A stretch of 32,000 nt of DNA from Candidatus Iainarchaeum sp. (GCA_028700115.1 JAQVTI010000001.1:161139-193138), one strand, 5' to 3'; shown: positions 18,059-27,436, numbered from the stretch's first letter. Numbers and translations are program-made. The notes: generated by a model from the sequence alone, not told the origin.

Positions 18059-19351
18059 GTGAAGTTTATGAAATATAATACAGATTTACATTACCATTCA
18101 CCTTATGCAGCAGCATGCTCTAAAGACATTTCAATTCCTGTGCTTGCAAAAGAATCTAAGATAAAAGGACTAAATATTTTAACAACTGCAGATAGCTTGC
18201 ACCCTATATGGCAAAAACATATTAAAGAACATGTTATTGAAAAAAATGAAAGATTAATTTTCAAAGAAGACAAAAACTTACCTGAAGAAAAACAAACAAA
18301 TTTTATTTTAGGCTGTGAGGTTGAAAGCACAAAAAGAGTGCATCACTTATTATATTTTAGAGATTTTGAAACTTTAAACAAATTTAAAAAAGAAATATTA
18401 CCTTTCTCACAAGATATGGAAAAATACGGAGGAGGAAGACCTAGAATTTCTCTAGAACCTGACAAACTTTTAGATATTGCTATTGAAAATGATGTGTTAC
18501 TTGGTCCTGCTCATGTGTTTACTCCTTACTTTGGAATTTATTCACATTATGATACTTTAAAGGAAGCCTATGGTAGAAATTATAAAAAAATTAAATTTAT
18601 TGAACTTGGTTTATCAGCAGATACAAAAACTGCAAACACTATACCTGAACTAAAAGATATTAAGTTTTTCTCATTTTCAGACTCACACTCTCCTAAAAGC
18701 TTTAGGATTGGAAGAGAGTATGTTTCTATGGAACTTGAAAAACCTAATTATAATAGTTTAGAAAAACTATTAAATAATCATAAAAAAAATTATATTTTAG
18801 AAAATGTAGGATATAATCCTTATGAAGGAAAATATAATTCAAGTGCTTGTAAAAAATGCGCACAAATTTATACTTTAGAACAAGCAGAAGTTATAAACTG
18901 GAAATGCCAAGTATGTAAAGGAACTATTAAAAAAGGTGTAACTGATAGAGCAAAAGAAATTTCTATTATTCAAGGAAATAAAAATCTTAAAGAAATTACA
19001 AAAAGACCAAATTACAGATATTTAATTCCACTTGCTCAAGTTATACAAATTGCAATAAATCAAAAAAACATATTACACAAAACAGTTCTAGAAAAATATG
19101 ATGAATTTACTAAAAACCACACAGAAATTCAAATCATGCAAGAAGTTTCAAAAGAAGAACTTGAAAAAATTGATAAAAACATTGCAAGATACATTATAGC
19201 TTTTAGAAAAGACTTTGTAGTTTTCAGACCAGGTGGAGCTGGACACTATGGAGTGCCATATATTTGTTTTTCTAAAGAAGAAAAAATTAAAAAAGAAAAA
19301 GAAATACAAGAAGAAATAAAAGTTAAAGTCTTACAAAAAAAATTATTTTAA
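18059..19351 (+). CDS. Endonuclease Q (PHP-domain deaminated-base endonuclease with Zn ribbon)
   Basis: DLHYHSPY at the N-terminus, then VESTKRVHHLLYF, LGPAHVFTPY, ELGLSADT and SFSDSHSP..FRIGREY. The Zn ribbon is CKKC...WKCQVCKGTIKKGVTDR. All are collinear with my recollection of Pyrococcus EndoQ. An alternative ATG start is at 18068. Confidence 0.85.
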   Translation: MKFMKYNTDLHYHSPYAAACSKDISIPVLAKESKIKGLNILTTADSLHPIWQKHIKEHVIEKNERLIFKEDKNLPEEKQTNFILGCEVESTKRVHHLLYFRDFETLNKFKKEILPFSQDMEKYGGGRPRISLEPDKLLDIAIENDVLLGPAHVFTPYFGIYSHYDTLKEAYGRNYKKIKFIELGLSADTKTANTIPELKDIKFFSFSDSHSPKSFRIGREYVSMELEKPNYNSLEKLLNNHKKNYILENVGYNPYEGKYNSSACKKCAQIYTLEQAEVINWKCQVCKGTIKKGVTDRAKEISIIQGNKNLKEITKRPNYRYLIPLAQVIQIAINQKNILHKTVLEKYDEFTKNHTEIQIMQEVSKEELEKIDKNIARYIIAFRKDFVVFRPGGAGHYGVPYICFSKEEKIKKEKEIQEEIKVKVLQKKLF

Positions 19352-19398
19352 AATACACTTTTATAATAGCCATTATAATAATCACCATTATACAAAAA

Positions 19399-20784
19399 CT
19401 AACCAGTTAAAACAATTATAGGCTTTATTCTTGCAATTTTTTTAACTAACCTTTTTGATTCTAAAGACTTAACTACTAGACTAGATTTTTTATAAGCATT
19501 AGGATTTTCTTCTCTTGCTGTGTTTTCAGATCTACCTGAAAGAATAATCTTATTTTTAGACATGTATTCTTTTAGATCTTTAAAGGACATTAAATTTTTT
19601 GCAACAGATCTAGAAACAAGTCTACCACAACCATGAGGCATTGTATTTAGTGTTTGTTTAATGTTTTTTGTAGGTAAAAGTATATAAGAATAATCAAGCA
19701 TTGAACCTGGAAGTAAAATTGGAGCACCTGTTTCTAAATATCTAGAAGATTTATTTAAATCACTAGGTAAAAATGCACGAGTTGCACCTTTTCTATGAAC
19801 AATTACTTTTTTTGAATCTATTTTTTCTATAGTTGCTAAATTATGAACTAAATCATAAACTAAATCAAAACTTAATTCTTTTTGTCCAAGATTTAAAGTA
19901 TCTTTAAAAACCTTAAAAACACTTCTTGTAAGTATAGCTCTATTTACAAAAGCATAGTTTGCACAAGCATTCATTGCTTTAAAATAATCTTTTGCTAATT
20001 TAGTATTAAAAGGCTCATAACAAATTGGGTTTTTATTTTTAAAAAAAGAAGAATATTCTTTTCCAACAGTATAACCTAACCCTCTAGAACCAGTATGAAT
20101 AAATATACAAACTTGATTTTTAGAAAGAGACCATTTTTTAGAAATATTTTTATCAAAAATATCACTAACTATACAAATATCAATAAAATGATTTCCCTGA
20201 CCTAAAGTACCTAATTGTTTAATAGCAATATCTTTTGCTTTTTTTGAAATTTTAGAAGAATCTGCTTGTTTAAAATAACCATTATATTCAATAGATCTTT
20301 TTTCTTTACTAGAAACTAATTTTTTAGAAATAGCCCAATTTATTCCTTTATTTAAAATTTCATCTAAATCTTTTTTTGAAATTTTATAACCATCATTAGA
20401 AAGACCAAGTGGTAGTTTAGATAAATTTTTTGAAAGACTTTCTAAATCTTTTTTATTTAAGTCTTTTAGAAATAAATTAGTTTTAACTAATCTAACACCA
20501 CAATTAATATCATAACCTACAGCTTCAGAAGAAATAAATCCATTTTTATAATTACTTGAAATAACGCTTCCAATTGGAACACCAAATCCTGTATGTATGT
20601 CTGGAAGACCTATAACTGAATGCACGCTTGGTAAATTAGTTGAATTTATTAATTGTTCTAATGCAGAATCTGAAACTTTAGAAAATAAAGAAGGAGTTAT
20701 TAATAATTTAATTTCTTTATTATTATGATTTGTTATAAAAAAACCATTTTTATTTTTAAAAGTTAAATTTATTCTTTTAGGCAT
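19399..20784 (-). CDS. rtcB: RNA-splicing ligase RtcB
   Basis: 461 aa with GYDINCGVR, GQGNHFIDI, HTGSRGLG, HNLA, PGSM and HGCGR, the full set of RtcB metal/GTP-binding motifs in order. Confidence 0.9.
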   Translation of the reverse strand: MPKRINLTFKNKNGFFITNHNNKEIKLLITPSLFSKVSDSALEQLINSTNLPSVHSVIGLPDIHTGFGVPIGSVISSNYKNGFISSEAVGYDINCGVRLVKTNLFLKDLNKKDLESLSKNLSKLPLGLSNDGYKISKKDLDEILNKGINWAISKKLVSSKEKRSIEYNGYFKQADSSKISKKAKDIAIKQLGTLGQGNHFIDICIVSDIFDKNISKKWSLSKNQVCIFIHTGSRGLGYTVGKEYSSFFKNKNPICYEPFNTKLAKDYFKAMNACANYAFVNRAILTRSVFKVFKDTLNLGQKELSFDLVYDLVHNLATIEKIDSKKVIVHRKGATRAFLPSDLNKSSRYLETGAPILLPGSMLDYSYILLPTKNIKQTLNTMPHGCGRLVSRSVAKNLMSFKDLKEYMSKNKIILSGRSENTAREENPNAYKKSSLVVKSLESKRLVKKIARIKPIIVLTG

Positions 20785-20820
20785 ATAAAAAAGTAAGTAG
20801 AAAAAGAATTATAAAAAGAT

Positions 20821-22080
20821 TTATTTTAGATCAGACTCAATCAATGTATAAGTTTCCCAAACTATAAATTCTATAAATTTATAGATAATTTTACAAAATC
20901 TAATATCCACACCATCTGGACAATGATTAATTTTTTGAGAAACATATCTACAGCCACCTCTACAAAGACCAATACCAATACAATTTTTACATTCTGGAAG
21001 AACATAAGATCCTATCCTTACCCAATTTTTAAATAAATCAATTTTATCCAAATCATAATTATTATATATATTTCCAGGAAAATAATTTAAATCTCCTAAA
21101 AAACTTTGACAAGGGCCTATATTCCCTGTAGGATCAACAACTATTTGACATTTATTACAAGGACAATGATGATAACCAATTTTTTGATTTATAAAACGAT
21201 ATAATAAAATTGAATAAAAATTATCAAAAACACCATGCTTTCTAGTAAAAGTTTTAAATAATTCAAAATATTTATTTAAAAGATAATCTAAATTAGTATA
21301 ATCAAAATTAATAACATCTAAAGGTAAAGGAAAATTAATAAATATCTTATTTAAGTTTTTAAAATTTAATAAATATTTTATTTGAGATTTAAAACAATCT
21401 ATATTTTGTAAATTCAAAGTAAATGAAAAAGTATAATTTACACCACACTTAATTAATAAATTTATATTTTTTAATAAAATATTATAATTTAAGCCAAGTC
21501 TATTTTTTTCAGAAACAAATTCATCTCCATCAACAGAAATTGATAAATTAACATTATATTTTTTAAAAAACAAAATCATGTCTTCATTTAATAAAATACC
21601 ATTAGTAATAATATTTATAGTACTCCCTTTATTTTTTAAATTAATTAATTTATTCCAATAAATAATACTTATTTTAACAACTGGCCAATTCAATAAAGGT
21701 TCTCCACCATATATATTTAAAATAAATCCTTTAGAATTAGATTTATTGGCATAATAATTTAAAAATAAATTAATGGCTTTTTTTGCAGTTGAAGTACTCA
21801 TAAAATAATTTTTAATATTAATGGAACTTTTTTGCAATCTATTTTTAATAAAACAATAGTTACAATTTAAATTACAATCTAAAGTTGGAATCAAATAAAA
21901 TATATGGGGTCTAAATTTATACTTATTTAATTTATCTTTACCTTCTTGAAATAAATTTTTATTAACATACAATTTATCATAAATTTGATTTTTATTTTTA
22001 CTATATGCTGTTTTTAAAGTAAACCTATTAAATCCAGCCCAAATTTTTCCTTTTTTAAAATAAAATATTTGATTATCCAT
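20821..22080 (-). CDS. Radical SAM / SPASM-domain protein (peptide-maturase type), 419 aa
   Basis: CNLNCNYCF (CX3CX2C). GGEPLL. The C-terminus HHCPCNKCQIVVDPTGNIGPC ... CKNCIGIGLCRGGC ... FC is a SPASM auxiliary-cluster pattern. Confidence 0.85.
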   Translation of the reverse strand: MDNQIFYFKKGKIWAGFNRFTLKTAYSKNKNQIYDKLYVNKNLFQEGKDKLNKYKFRPHIFYLIPTLDCNLNCNYCFIKNRLQKSSINIKNYFMSTSTAKKAINLFLNYYANKSNSKGFILNIYGGEPLLNWPVVKISIIYWNKLINLKNKGSTINIITNGILLNEDMILFFKKYNVNLSISVDGDEFVSEKNRLGLNYNILLKNINLLIKCGVNYTFSFTLNLQNIDCFKSQIKYLLNFKNLNKIFINFPLPLDVINFDYTNLDYLLNKYFELFKTFTRKHGVFDNFYSILLYRFINQKIGYHHCPCNKCQIVVDPTGNIGPCQSFLGDLNYFPGNIYNNYDLDKIDLFKNWVRIGSYVLPECKNCIGIGLCRGGCRYVSQKINHCPDGVDIRFCKIIYKFIEFIVWETYTLIESDLK

Positions 22081-23092
22081 CTAAATCACATTTAAAATAT
22101 TCAAATAATTTTTTGAAAAAAAGGCAATAATAGCTAGATGGATTTAGATTCCCATTTTGAACAAAAGAAGCATATAAACAACCACCTCTACAAATATAAT
22201 TTAAATCGCAATTTTTACAACTTTCGAAATTATTTACAGATCTATTTTTAAATAACTCCAAATTTTCATTAAATCCACTATAAATATCTCCAATTTTAAA
22301 AAAAGAATTATCAACCCCCACATGGCAAGAATAAATCTCTCCTTTAAAGTTAAAAACAAAACGATTTCCACAAGCAGTGCAATAAAAACAATTTTTTGAA
22401 ATAAAATTTTTTTTAAAATTATAAAGAGTATATTCAAAAATATTATTTTCAATTAATAAATTATACACCTTAACTAAATTAGAAGTATACATGTCTAAAA
22501 AATCAATATTATATAAATTATTTAAAGGTATTATATAATTAAAATATAATTTTTTAATTTTCAACCTTTTAAAAAAAGCGACTAATTTTTTTGGATAGTT
22601 TAAATTATGGTCACTCAAAGTACAACTTATCACATAATCTTTCTTTAATTTATTACATAAATTTATAGAATTAATTACTTTTGAAAAAACGGAATTATTA
22701 TTAAAATCAACTCTCATTTCATCATTCATAAATTTACTCCCATCTAAAGAAATTGCAATAAATACATTTAATTTTTTTAACAAATTTATTTTATATTCAT
22801 CTAATAAAAGTCCATTCGTAGTCAAAGAAATAGTATAATTTTTAAAAATAGATTTAATTTTAAAAATTATAAATAATAATTTTTCAAAAAAAAGTAAAGG
22901 CTCACCTCCGCATAAATCAAAATTAATATGTTTATTTTTAAATTCAACATCATTTTTAATAAAATTTAAAATTTCTAAAAGTTTAAAATTAGACATTTCA
23001 AATAATTGCACAGAAGAAACATAACAATATTTACATTTTAAATTACACTTATTAGAAATCATTAATTTAACATCAACTGAACTTAAATTCAT
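22073..23092 (-). CDS. Radical SAM / SPASM-domain protein, 339 aa
   Basis: CNLKCKYCY. GGEPLL. The C-terminus is CFYCTACGNRFVFNFKGEIYSC ... CKNCDLNYICRGGC ... YC. It overlaps the downstream gene by 8 nt. Confidence 0.85.
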   Translation of the reverse strand: MNLSSVDVKLMISNKCNLKCKYCYVSSVQLFEMSNFKLLEILNFIKNDVEFKNKHINFDLCGGEPLLFFEKLLFIIFKIKSIFKNYTISLTTNGLLLDEYKINLLKKLNVFIAISLDGSKFMNDEMRVDFNNNSVFSKVINSINLCNKLKKDYVISCTLSDHNLNYPKKLVAFFKRLKIKKLYFNYIIPLNNLYNIDFLDMYTSNLVKVYNLLIENNIFEYTLYNFKKNFISKNCFYCTACGNRFVFNFKGEIYSCHVGVDNSFFKIGDIYSGFNENLELFKNRSVNNFESCKNCDLNYICRGGCLYASFVQNGNLNPSSYYCLFFKKLFEYFKCDLDG

Positions 23093-23780
23093 TAAATTTC
23101 ACTATTTCATTATTTATTTTAAAAGGTAATAAATTTAACTCTTTTAAAATACAATATTCTACATCTTTTTTAAACCCACAACTAATTAAATATTTAGCTG
23201 CAGGCGATTCATATAATAAATCCACTAAAATTGATTTATATTGTATAACCAAATTAAGAGCATTTAAAGATAATTCATCCAATTTTTTAAAATTTAGGCT
23301 TGAAATAAATACACCTGCACAAATAAAATCATCCATGCAAATCACATCTTTATTTCCACCTATAATTAAATAAATGTTTCTATCACTAAAATATTTATTA
23401 AAAATATAACTTGCATATTTCAAATTAATTAATCCAATTAAAAAAATATTATCAGAATTAGATTTTAATAGAGCTTTAGATCCAAAACCAGAAATATAAT
23501 ACACATATTTACCACTTAAATCAGATAAATACTCTAATGGAGAATTACCTTTATCAAAAAAATTTATTTTTGAACAATTTTCTTCCCCACAAAATAAAAA
23601 ATTTTTTTCTTTAGGTATTTGCAAAATATCTAATTTAGAACTAAATAAATTTATTTTAGCAGCATTATTTTTAATACAATTACAAATAACTGATGAAGAT
23701 CGAAAAACATCTATTACAACAACTAAATCTAGTTTTCTAGAAGGTATATTATCTAAACCATAAATTAATTTAATATTCAT
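23073..23780 (-). CDS. ComB-family (2-phosphosulfolactate phosphatase-like) protein
   Basis: VVVIDVFRSSSVI near the N-terminus, then GNSPLEY, DDFICAGVFIS and a C-terminal KKDVEYC..LNLLP. These are collinear with ComB-family conserved blocks. It overlaps both neighbours (20 nt and 4 nt). Confidence 0.75.
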   Translation of the reverse strand: MNIKLIYGLDNIPSRKLDLVVVIDVFRSSSVICNCIKNNAAKINLFSSKLDILQIPKEKNFLFCGEENCSKINFFDKGNSPLEYLSDLSGKYVYYISGFGSKALLKSNSDNIFLIGLINLKYASYIFNKYFSDRNIYLIIGGNKDVICMDDFICAGVFISSLNFKKLDELSLNALNLVIQYKSILVDLLYESPAAKYLISCGFKKDVEYCILKELNLLPFKINNEIVKFNEFKFS

Positions 23781-25012
23781 ATATTTTTCTTCTTAAATTT
23801 TAAAATAACATAATCTAATAAATCAAATTCTTTAGAAAACATTTTAGAAATTAAAATAAAATTTGATTTATTTAAAATATTTATTAAAGATTCTGTATAG
23901 TCTACAGAAATATTAGATAAAATTAATACAAAAAATCCATCTTTTTTCAAAATTTTAAAACAATTTTTAAAGATACATAATAAATTTTCATCAAATGTTT
24001 TAGAATCCATAATATCTAAAGAATCAAAATTAAATTTATTTAAATAATTTAAATTAATCCAAGATAAATGCAAATATGAATTACAAGCATAAGATATATC
24101 TTTATAATAAGGAGGATCGCAAATTATACAATCAACTAAATTATTTTTTAAATTTAAATTTTTTGAATCATCTAAAATTAATTGCAAATGATTTAAATCT
24201 AAATTAAATTTATTAATTTCGCATTTTAAATCAATTGCTTTTTTTATTTTATTAAGAAAGCCAAACCATATATTAAAATTAACATACACCTCTGGAACTT
24301 TAAATGTATTAATTGTTTTCCAACGATTGTTATTTTTTAAAATATTTAATTTACTAGATTTACCTAGATTTGAACTAAAAATAAATTTAAAATAATTTTT
24401 AACATCTTCACATTTTATTTTATCAATAAATTCTAATAGGAGACACAATCCAATAAGATTTCGTTGTGAATACAAATCTTTAATAAAATTTACATTTGAA
24501 TTAAAATTTGCAGGAATTTTATTATTTGGAATATATTTATTATTGTAATTAAAATCGTCAAAACTATTTAAAATAAAATTAGGAGGTGTATTTTTTTTAA
24601 TTATAGAATTACATTTTGGACAAAAAAAAGAAGTAAAATTATTAATTACAAATGAATAAACTATTAAATTAGAACCACAACAATTACAACATTCTTTTGA
24701 TTTATATAATTTAAAAAAAATTGGTTTTAATAAATTTATATTCTTAAATTCTAAATTTAATTTATCAATAGTAATATTTTTTAATGTTTCAGTAACTATA
24801 AAATGACTTAATGGAGTAACATCTACCCCAATTACCTTTCTATTTAATATTAATGATTCAATAATAGTAGTTCCAGACCCCATAAATGGATCTAATATTA
24901 AACTATTTTCAGATGTATTTTCTAAAATCACCTTTTGAACAATTCCCCAATATTTACGTCCATTAAAAGGATGTAAGCTATATCTATTAGTTTCAATTAT
25001 ACTAATACCCAT
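23777..25012 (-). CDS. SAM-dependent N6/N4-type (DPPY) methyltransferase with an internal Zn ribbon
   Basis: An N-terminal DPFMGSGTT (motif I) is followed by VIGVDV. The Zn ribbon is CCNCCGS ... CPKCNS. ICDPPYY (motif IV) lies near the C-terminus. The architecture recalls archaeal Zn-ribbon adenine methylases (COG1743-like). Confidence 0.7.
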   Translation of the reverse strand: MGISIIETNRYSLHPFNGRKYWGIVQKVILENTSENSLILDPFMGSGTTIIESLILNRKVIGVDVTPLSHFIVTETLKNITIDKLNLEFKNINLLKPIFFKLYKSKECCNCCGSNLIVYSFVINNFTSFFCPKCNSIIKKNTPPNFILNSFDDFNYNNKYIPNNKIPANFNSNVNFIKDLYSQRNLIGLCLLLEFIDKIKCEDVKNYFKFIFSSNLGKSSKLNILKNNNRWKTINTFKVPEVYVNFNIWFGFLNKIKKAIDLKCEINKFNLDLNHLQLILDDSKNLNLKNNLVDCIICDPPYYKDISYACNSYLHLSWINLNYLNKFNFDSLDIMDSKTFDENLLCIFKNCFKILKKDGFFVLILSNISVDYTESLINILNKSNFILISKMFSKEFDLLDYVILKFKKKNI

Positions 25013-25014
25013 AT

Positions 25015-26175
25015 TTAATCACTATTAATTAATAAATAAACTTTATTTATATCAGAATATATTTCTAACATTATAAAATATATTAGTTCTTTCCAAAACA
25101 CACAATATTTTTTCCCAAAAAAATAAGATTTTGCAAAACAATTACAACTCAAAAAGTTTTTAAAAATACAACTATTACAAATTGAAATATTTTTAAAATA
25201 ATTAATTATAAAAATATTATTTAAAGAAAAATTATTAATATTAAATTTATTAATATTACCCATTTTAAATTTATTATATTCTAAAAAATAATCACAAGGA
25301 TAAATATCACCTAATACATTTACAGCAATTAATTTAGTGCCAGCACCACAATTTAACTTATTACAATTATCAGTATCTATATTAAATAATAATTTCTTTA
25401 ACAAATTAGAAAATGTTAATTCATATATTTTAAAACTATTAGTTAAATTATTATTTATAATTAGAAAAAATAATTTTTTATAAAAATTAAATAAATCTGA
25501 AGAATCATAACTAAATTTTTTAGAATCAATTAAATTTATTTTAAATAATTTTATTTTAAATTTTTTATAAAAATTAAATAAAATTTCTGGATTTTTAATA
25601 GATTTATAGTTTAAAACAGAAATAACAGTAGGTTCAAAATTTAATGAATGACATAATTTAATAGAATTAGAAACTTTAGAAAAATCAATTCTATAAACGT
25701 CATTATAAATTTTTGGACCATCAATAGAAATAGATAAATTCACATTATATTTTTTTAAAAATAAAATCATAGATCGATTTAATAAAGTTCCATTTGTTTG
25801 AATACTAAAAGTAATATTTTTTTTATTTTTAAATTTAAGAATAATAGATTTAATTTTATCAAATTCTAATAATGGTTCTCCACCATGAAATATAATTTGT
25901 AAAGATTTATTATATTGTGAAACCATTTTACAAAAAGAATTAATTACAGAATCTTTAATTAAAATATTATTTTTAGTAGAATAACAATACTTACAATTTA
26001 AATTACAATTTTTTGTGATTTTAAAAATAATCACAAAAGGAATTTCAAAGGAATTAATATCTAAAAAAGGCATTAATTTTAAATTATCAAGAGTATTAGA
26101 AACACCCCAACTACAAATAGATTTAAAAATAAAATTATTTTTATAAGAATCTATTTCTAAATAATTATTAATCAT
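25015..26175 (-). CDS. Radical SAM / SPASM-like protein, about 386 aa
   Basis: CNLNCKYCY. HGGEPLL. The C-terminus NCNKLNCGAGTKLIAVNVLGDIYPC ... CNSC ... CNC ... YC is a variant SPASM with CNC in place of GGC. The track ORF extends to a TTG at 26184. I prefer the ATG at 26175 because it sits 2 nt after the precursor stop. Confidence 0.8.
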   Translation of the reverse strand: MINNYLEIDSYKNNFIFKSICSWGVSNTLDNLKLMPFLDINSFEIPFVIIFKITKNCNLNCKYCYSTKNNILIKDSVINSFCKMVSQYNKSLQIIFHGGEPLLEFDKIKSIILKFKNKKNITFSIQTNGTLLNRSMILFLKKYNVNLSISIDGPKIYNDVYRIDFSKVSNSIKLCHSLNFEPTVISVLNYKSIKNPEILFNFYKKFKIKLFKINLIDSKKFSYDSSDLFNFYKKLFFLIINNNLTNSFKIYELTFSNLLKKLLFNIDTDNCNKLNCGAGTKLIAVNVLGDIYPCDYFLEYNKFKMGNINKFNINNFSLNNIFIINYFKNISICNSCIFKNFLSCNCFAKSYFFGKKYCVFWKELIYFIMLEIYSDINKVYLLINSD

Positions 26176-26177
26176 AA

Positions 26178-26303
26178 TTAACAATTATTTATAGGCCACC
26201 CAGTACCTAAACATTTTTGATTAATATCTAATTTATCAAATAATTTTTTAAGCACACTTTTATCTGGTACTTTCAAATTATTAGATTTATATTTATCCAA
26301 CAT
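26178..26303 (-). CDS. Candidate RiPP precursor peptide B (41 aa, not in ORF track)
   Basis: Translated codon by codon: MLDKYKSNNLKVPDKSVLKKLFDKLDINQKCLGTGWPINNC. SD-like GTGAGGT lies 4 nt before the ATG, with TTTATATATA further upstream. The stop is 2 nt before the radical SAM ATG. The putative core is a local GC-rich patch in very AT-rich DNA. Confidence 0.5.
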   Translation of the reverse strand: MLDKYKSNNLKVPDKSVLKKLFDKLDINQKCLGTGWPINNC

Positions 26304-26359
26304 AAAACCTCACATATATATAAATATTATAAGTAAAAATATTTATAAATAAATCTGTT

Positions 26360-26460
26360 TTAAAAATAAGCATAGCTAAATAAAAATACTATTAAAAAAG
26401 TAAATATAATATATATTATCTTTTTATTCATAAACCTTATTCTTCAGACATATTATTATA
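26360..26460 (-). pseudogene. Remnant of an M6-protease array junction: last ~8 codons of one copy, a 5-nt spacer, and a 23-codon signal-peptide stub of the next
   Basis: 26402..26458 matches 31314..31371 with about 2 mismatches. The stub translates MNKKIIYIIFTFLIVFLFSYAYF*, against MNKNIIYIIFIICFLFSFSYVYAY of the intact protease. The upstream stub reads NNMSEE*, against NNMSGE*. Confidence 0.6.
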
Positions 26461-26482
26461 TAAAATAGAAAATAATATGCAA

Positions 26483-26812
26483 TTACACAAATATATATGC
26501 AAAGTTATCTACAAAATCAATTTTAACATTAATATTACTAACCCTATAATTTTTTACAAAAGACGGTTTAAAAATCAAAGGAATATTTAGCTCTTGTGCA
26601 ATTATAGTAGCATGAGATAAAAGTCCACCATTACTTACAATTATTGCAAGTGGATTTAAAGAATTAATTTTAATAAAATGTACAGGCAACACATAATCAA
26701 TTACAAGAATTTCATTATATTTCAAATTATCTAAATTATTTATACGCCCACTTATAGATGAATTATTACTTTTAACCCAAACATCACCTTTATATACACA
26801 CTCATTTTTCAT
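26483..26812 (-). CDS. Stand-alone PEP-utilising-enzyme mobile (swivel phosphohistidine) domain protein
   Basis: 109 aa. ILVIDYVLPVHFIKINSLNPLAIIVSNGGLLSHATIIAQELNIPLIF matches the PEP_utilizers domain pattern (ILV...T.P......aaGivt..Gg..SHaaivARelgiP), including the catalytic His in SHA. Confidence 0.65.
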   Translation of the reverse strand: MKNECVYKGDVWVKSNNSSISGRINNLDNLKYNEILVIDYVLPVHFIKINSLNPLAIIVSNGGLLSHATIIAQELNIPLIFKPSFVKNYRVSNINVKIDFVDNFAYIFV

Positions 26813-27436
26813 TTAAATCACTTTAAAATCATTTAATTTTAAATAAACATAAATCAAACCTAACACAAAATCTTCTTCATTAGAAATATATTTTAAAAAA
26901 TCTACATCGGCAATATCTTTAGAGATATAATCATCAATTACTTTATTTGAATCAACATAATTTAAAAAAATATTTATAAAATTATATTTTTCATTTGGAT
27001 ATGATAATATAAAATTTTCAAATAAATATCTAAAATTATTATAGAAATAAAATATATTTATAAATTTAAAATTAACAGATTTATCTAAAAGTTTAGATTT
27101 ATATTTTTCAAATATTAATATTTGATAGGCCTCATAATCAATCAATAGATTATAAATAAAATTAACATCCTTAGATTTTAAATTATTAAATATTTTTTTT
27201 CTTATATTAATTAATTTAAATTTTAAAAAGTCAAATTCAAAATTATGATTTTCTAATAAGTTATATAAATATTCAGAAATATAAATTTCATGTTCTAAAT
27301 CATTTTTTTTATAATTTATGTGATTTAAATTTATATTTAATATATTACAAATTCTATTAAAAGAATTAACCATTATATTTATTGTAATTAAAGAATTTCT
27401 AACTAATAAAAATCCTCTTACTTTTATATATTTCAT
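26813..27436 (-). CDS. Hypothetical protein (207 aa), directly abutting the swivel-domain gene
   Basis: The ORF's last base is directly followed by the next gene's start (26813/26812). It is extremely N/I/K/F/Y-rich. I recognise no motif. Confidence 0.45.
   Translation of the reverse strand: MKYIKVRGFLLVRNSLITINIMVNSFNRICNILNINLNHINYKKNDLEHEIYISEYLYNLLENHNFEFDFLKFKLINIRKKIFNNLKSKDVNFIYNLLIDYEAYQILIFEKYKSKLLDKSVNFKFINIFYFYNNFRYLFENFILSYPNEKYNFINIFLNYVDSNKVIDDYISKDIADVDFLKYISNEEDFVLGLIYVYLKLNDFKVI

Noticed and set aside
16690-18330. Antisense ORFs 16690..16968, 17676..17939 and 18103..18330
   Set aside because: Each lies within or across better-supported plus-strand genes (the ATPase, the membrane protein and EndoQ), and none has a motif.
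19399-20784. RtcB as an eleventh member of the RiPP-like cluster (same strand, 36 nt downstream of the last rSAM gene)
   Set aside because: RtcB is a universal archaeal tRNA-splicing/repair ligase with all canonical motifs and a visibly higher G+C than the cluster. The adjacency is most simply explained as the insertion boundary. Read-through co-transcription remains possible.
22234-22452. 72-aa minus-strand ORF in another frame of the rSAM gene 22073..23092
   Set aside because: It is an alternative-frame artefact of low-complexity AT-rich coding sequence. The rSAM frame carries the CX3CX2C and SPASM motifs.
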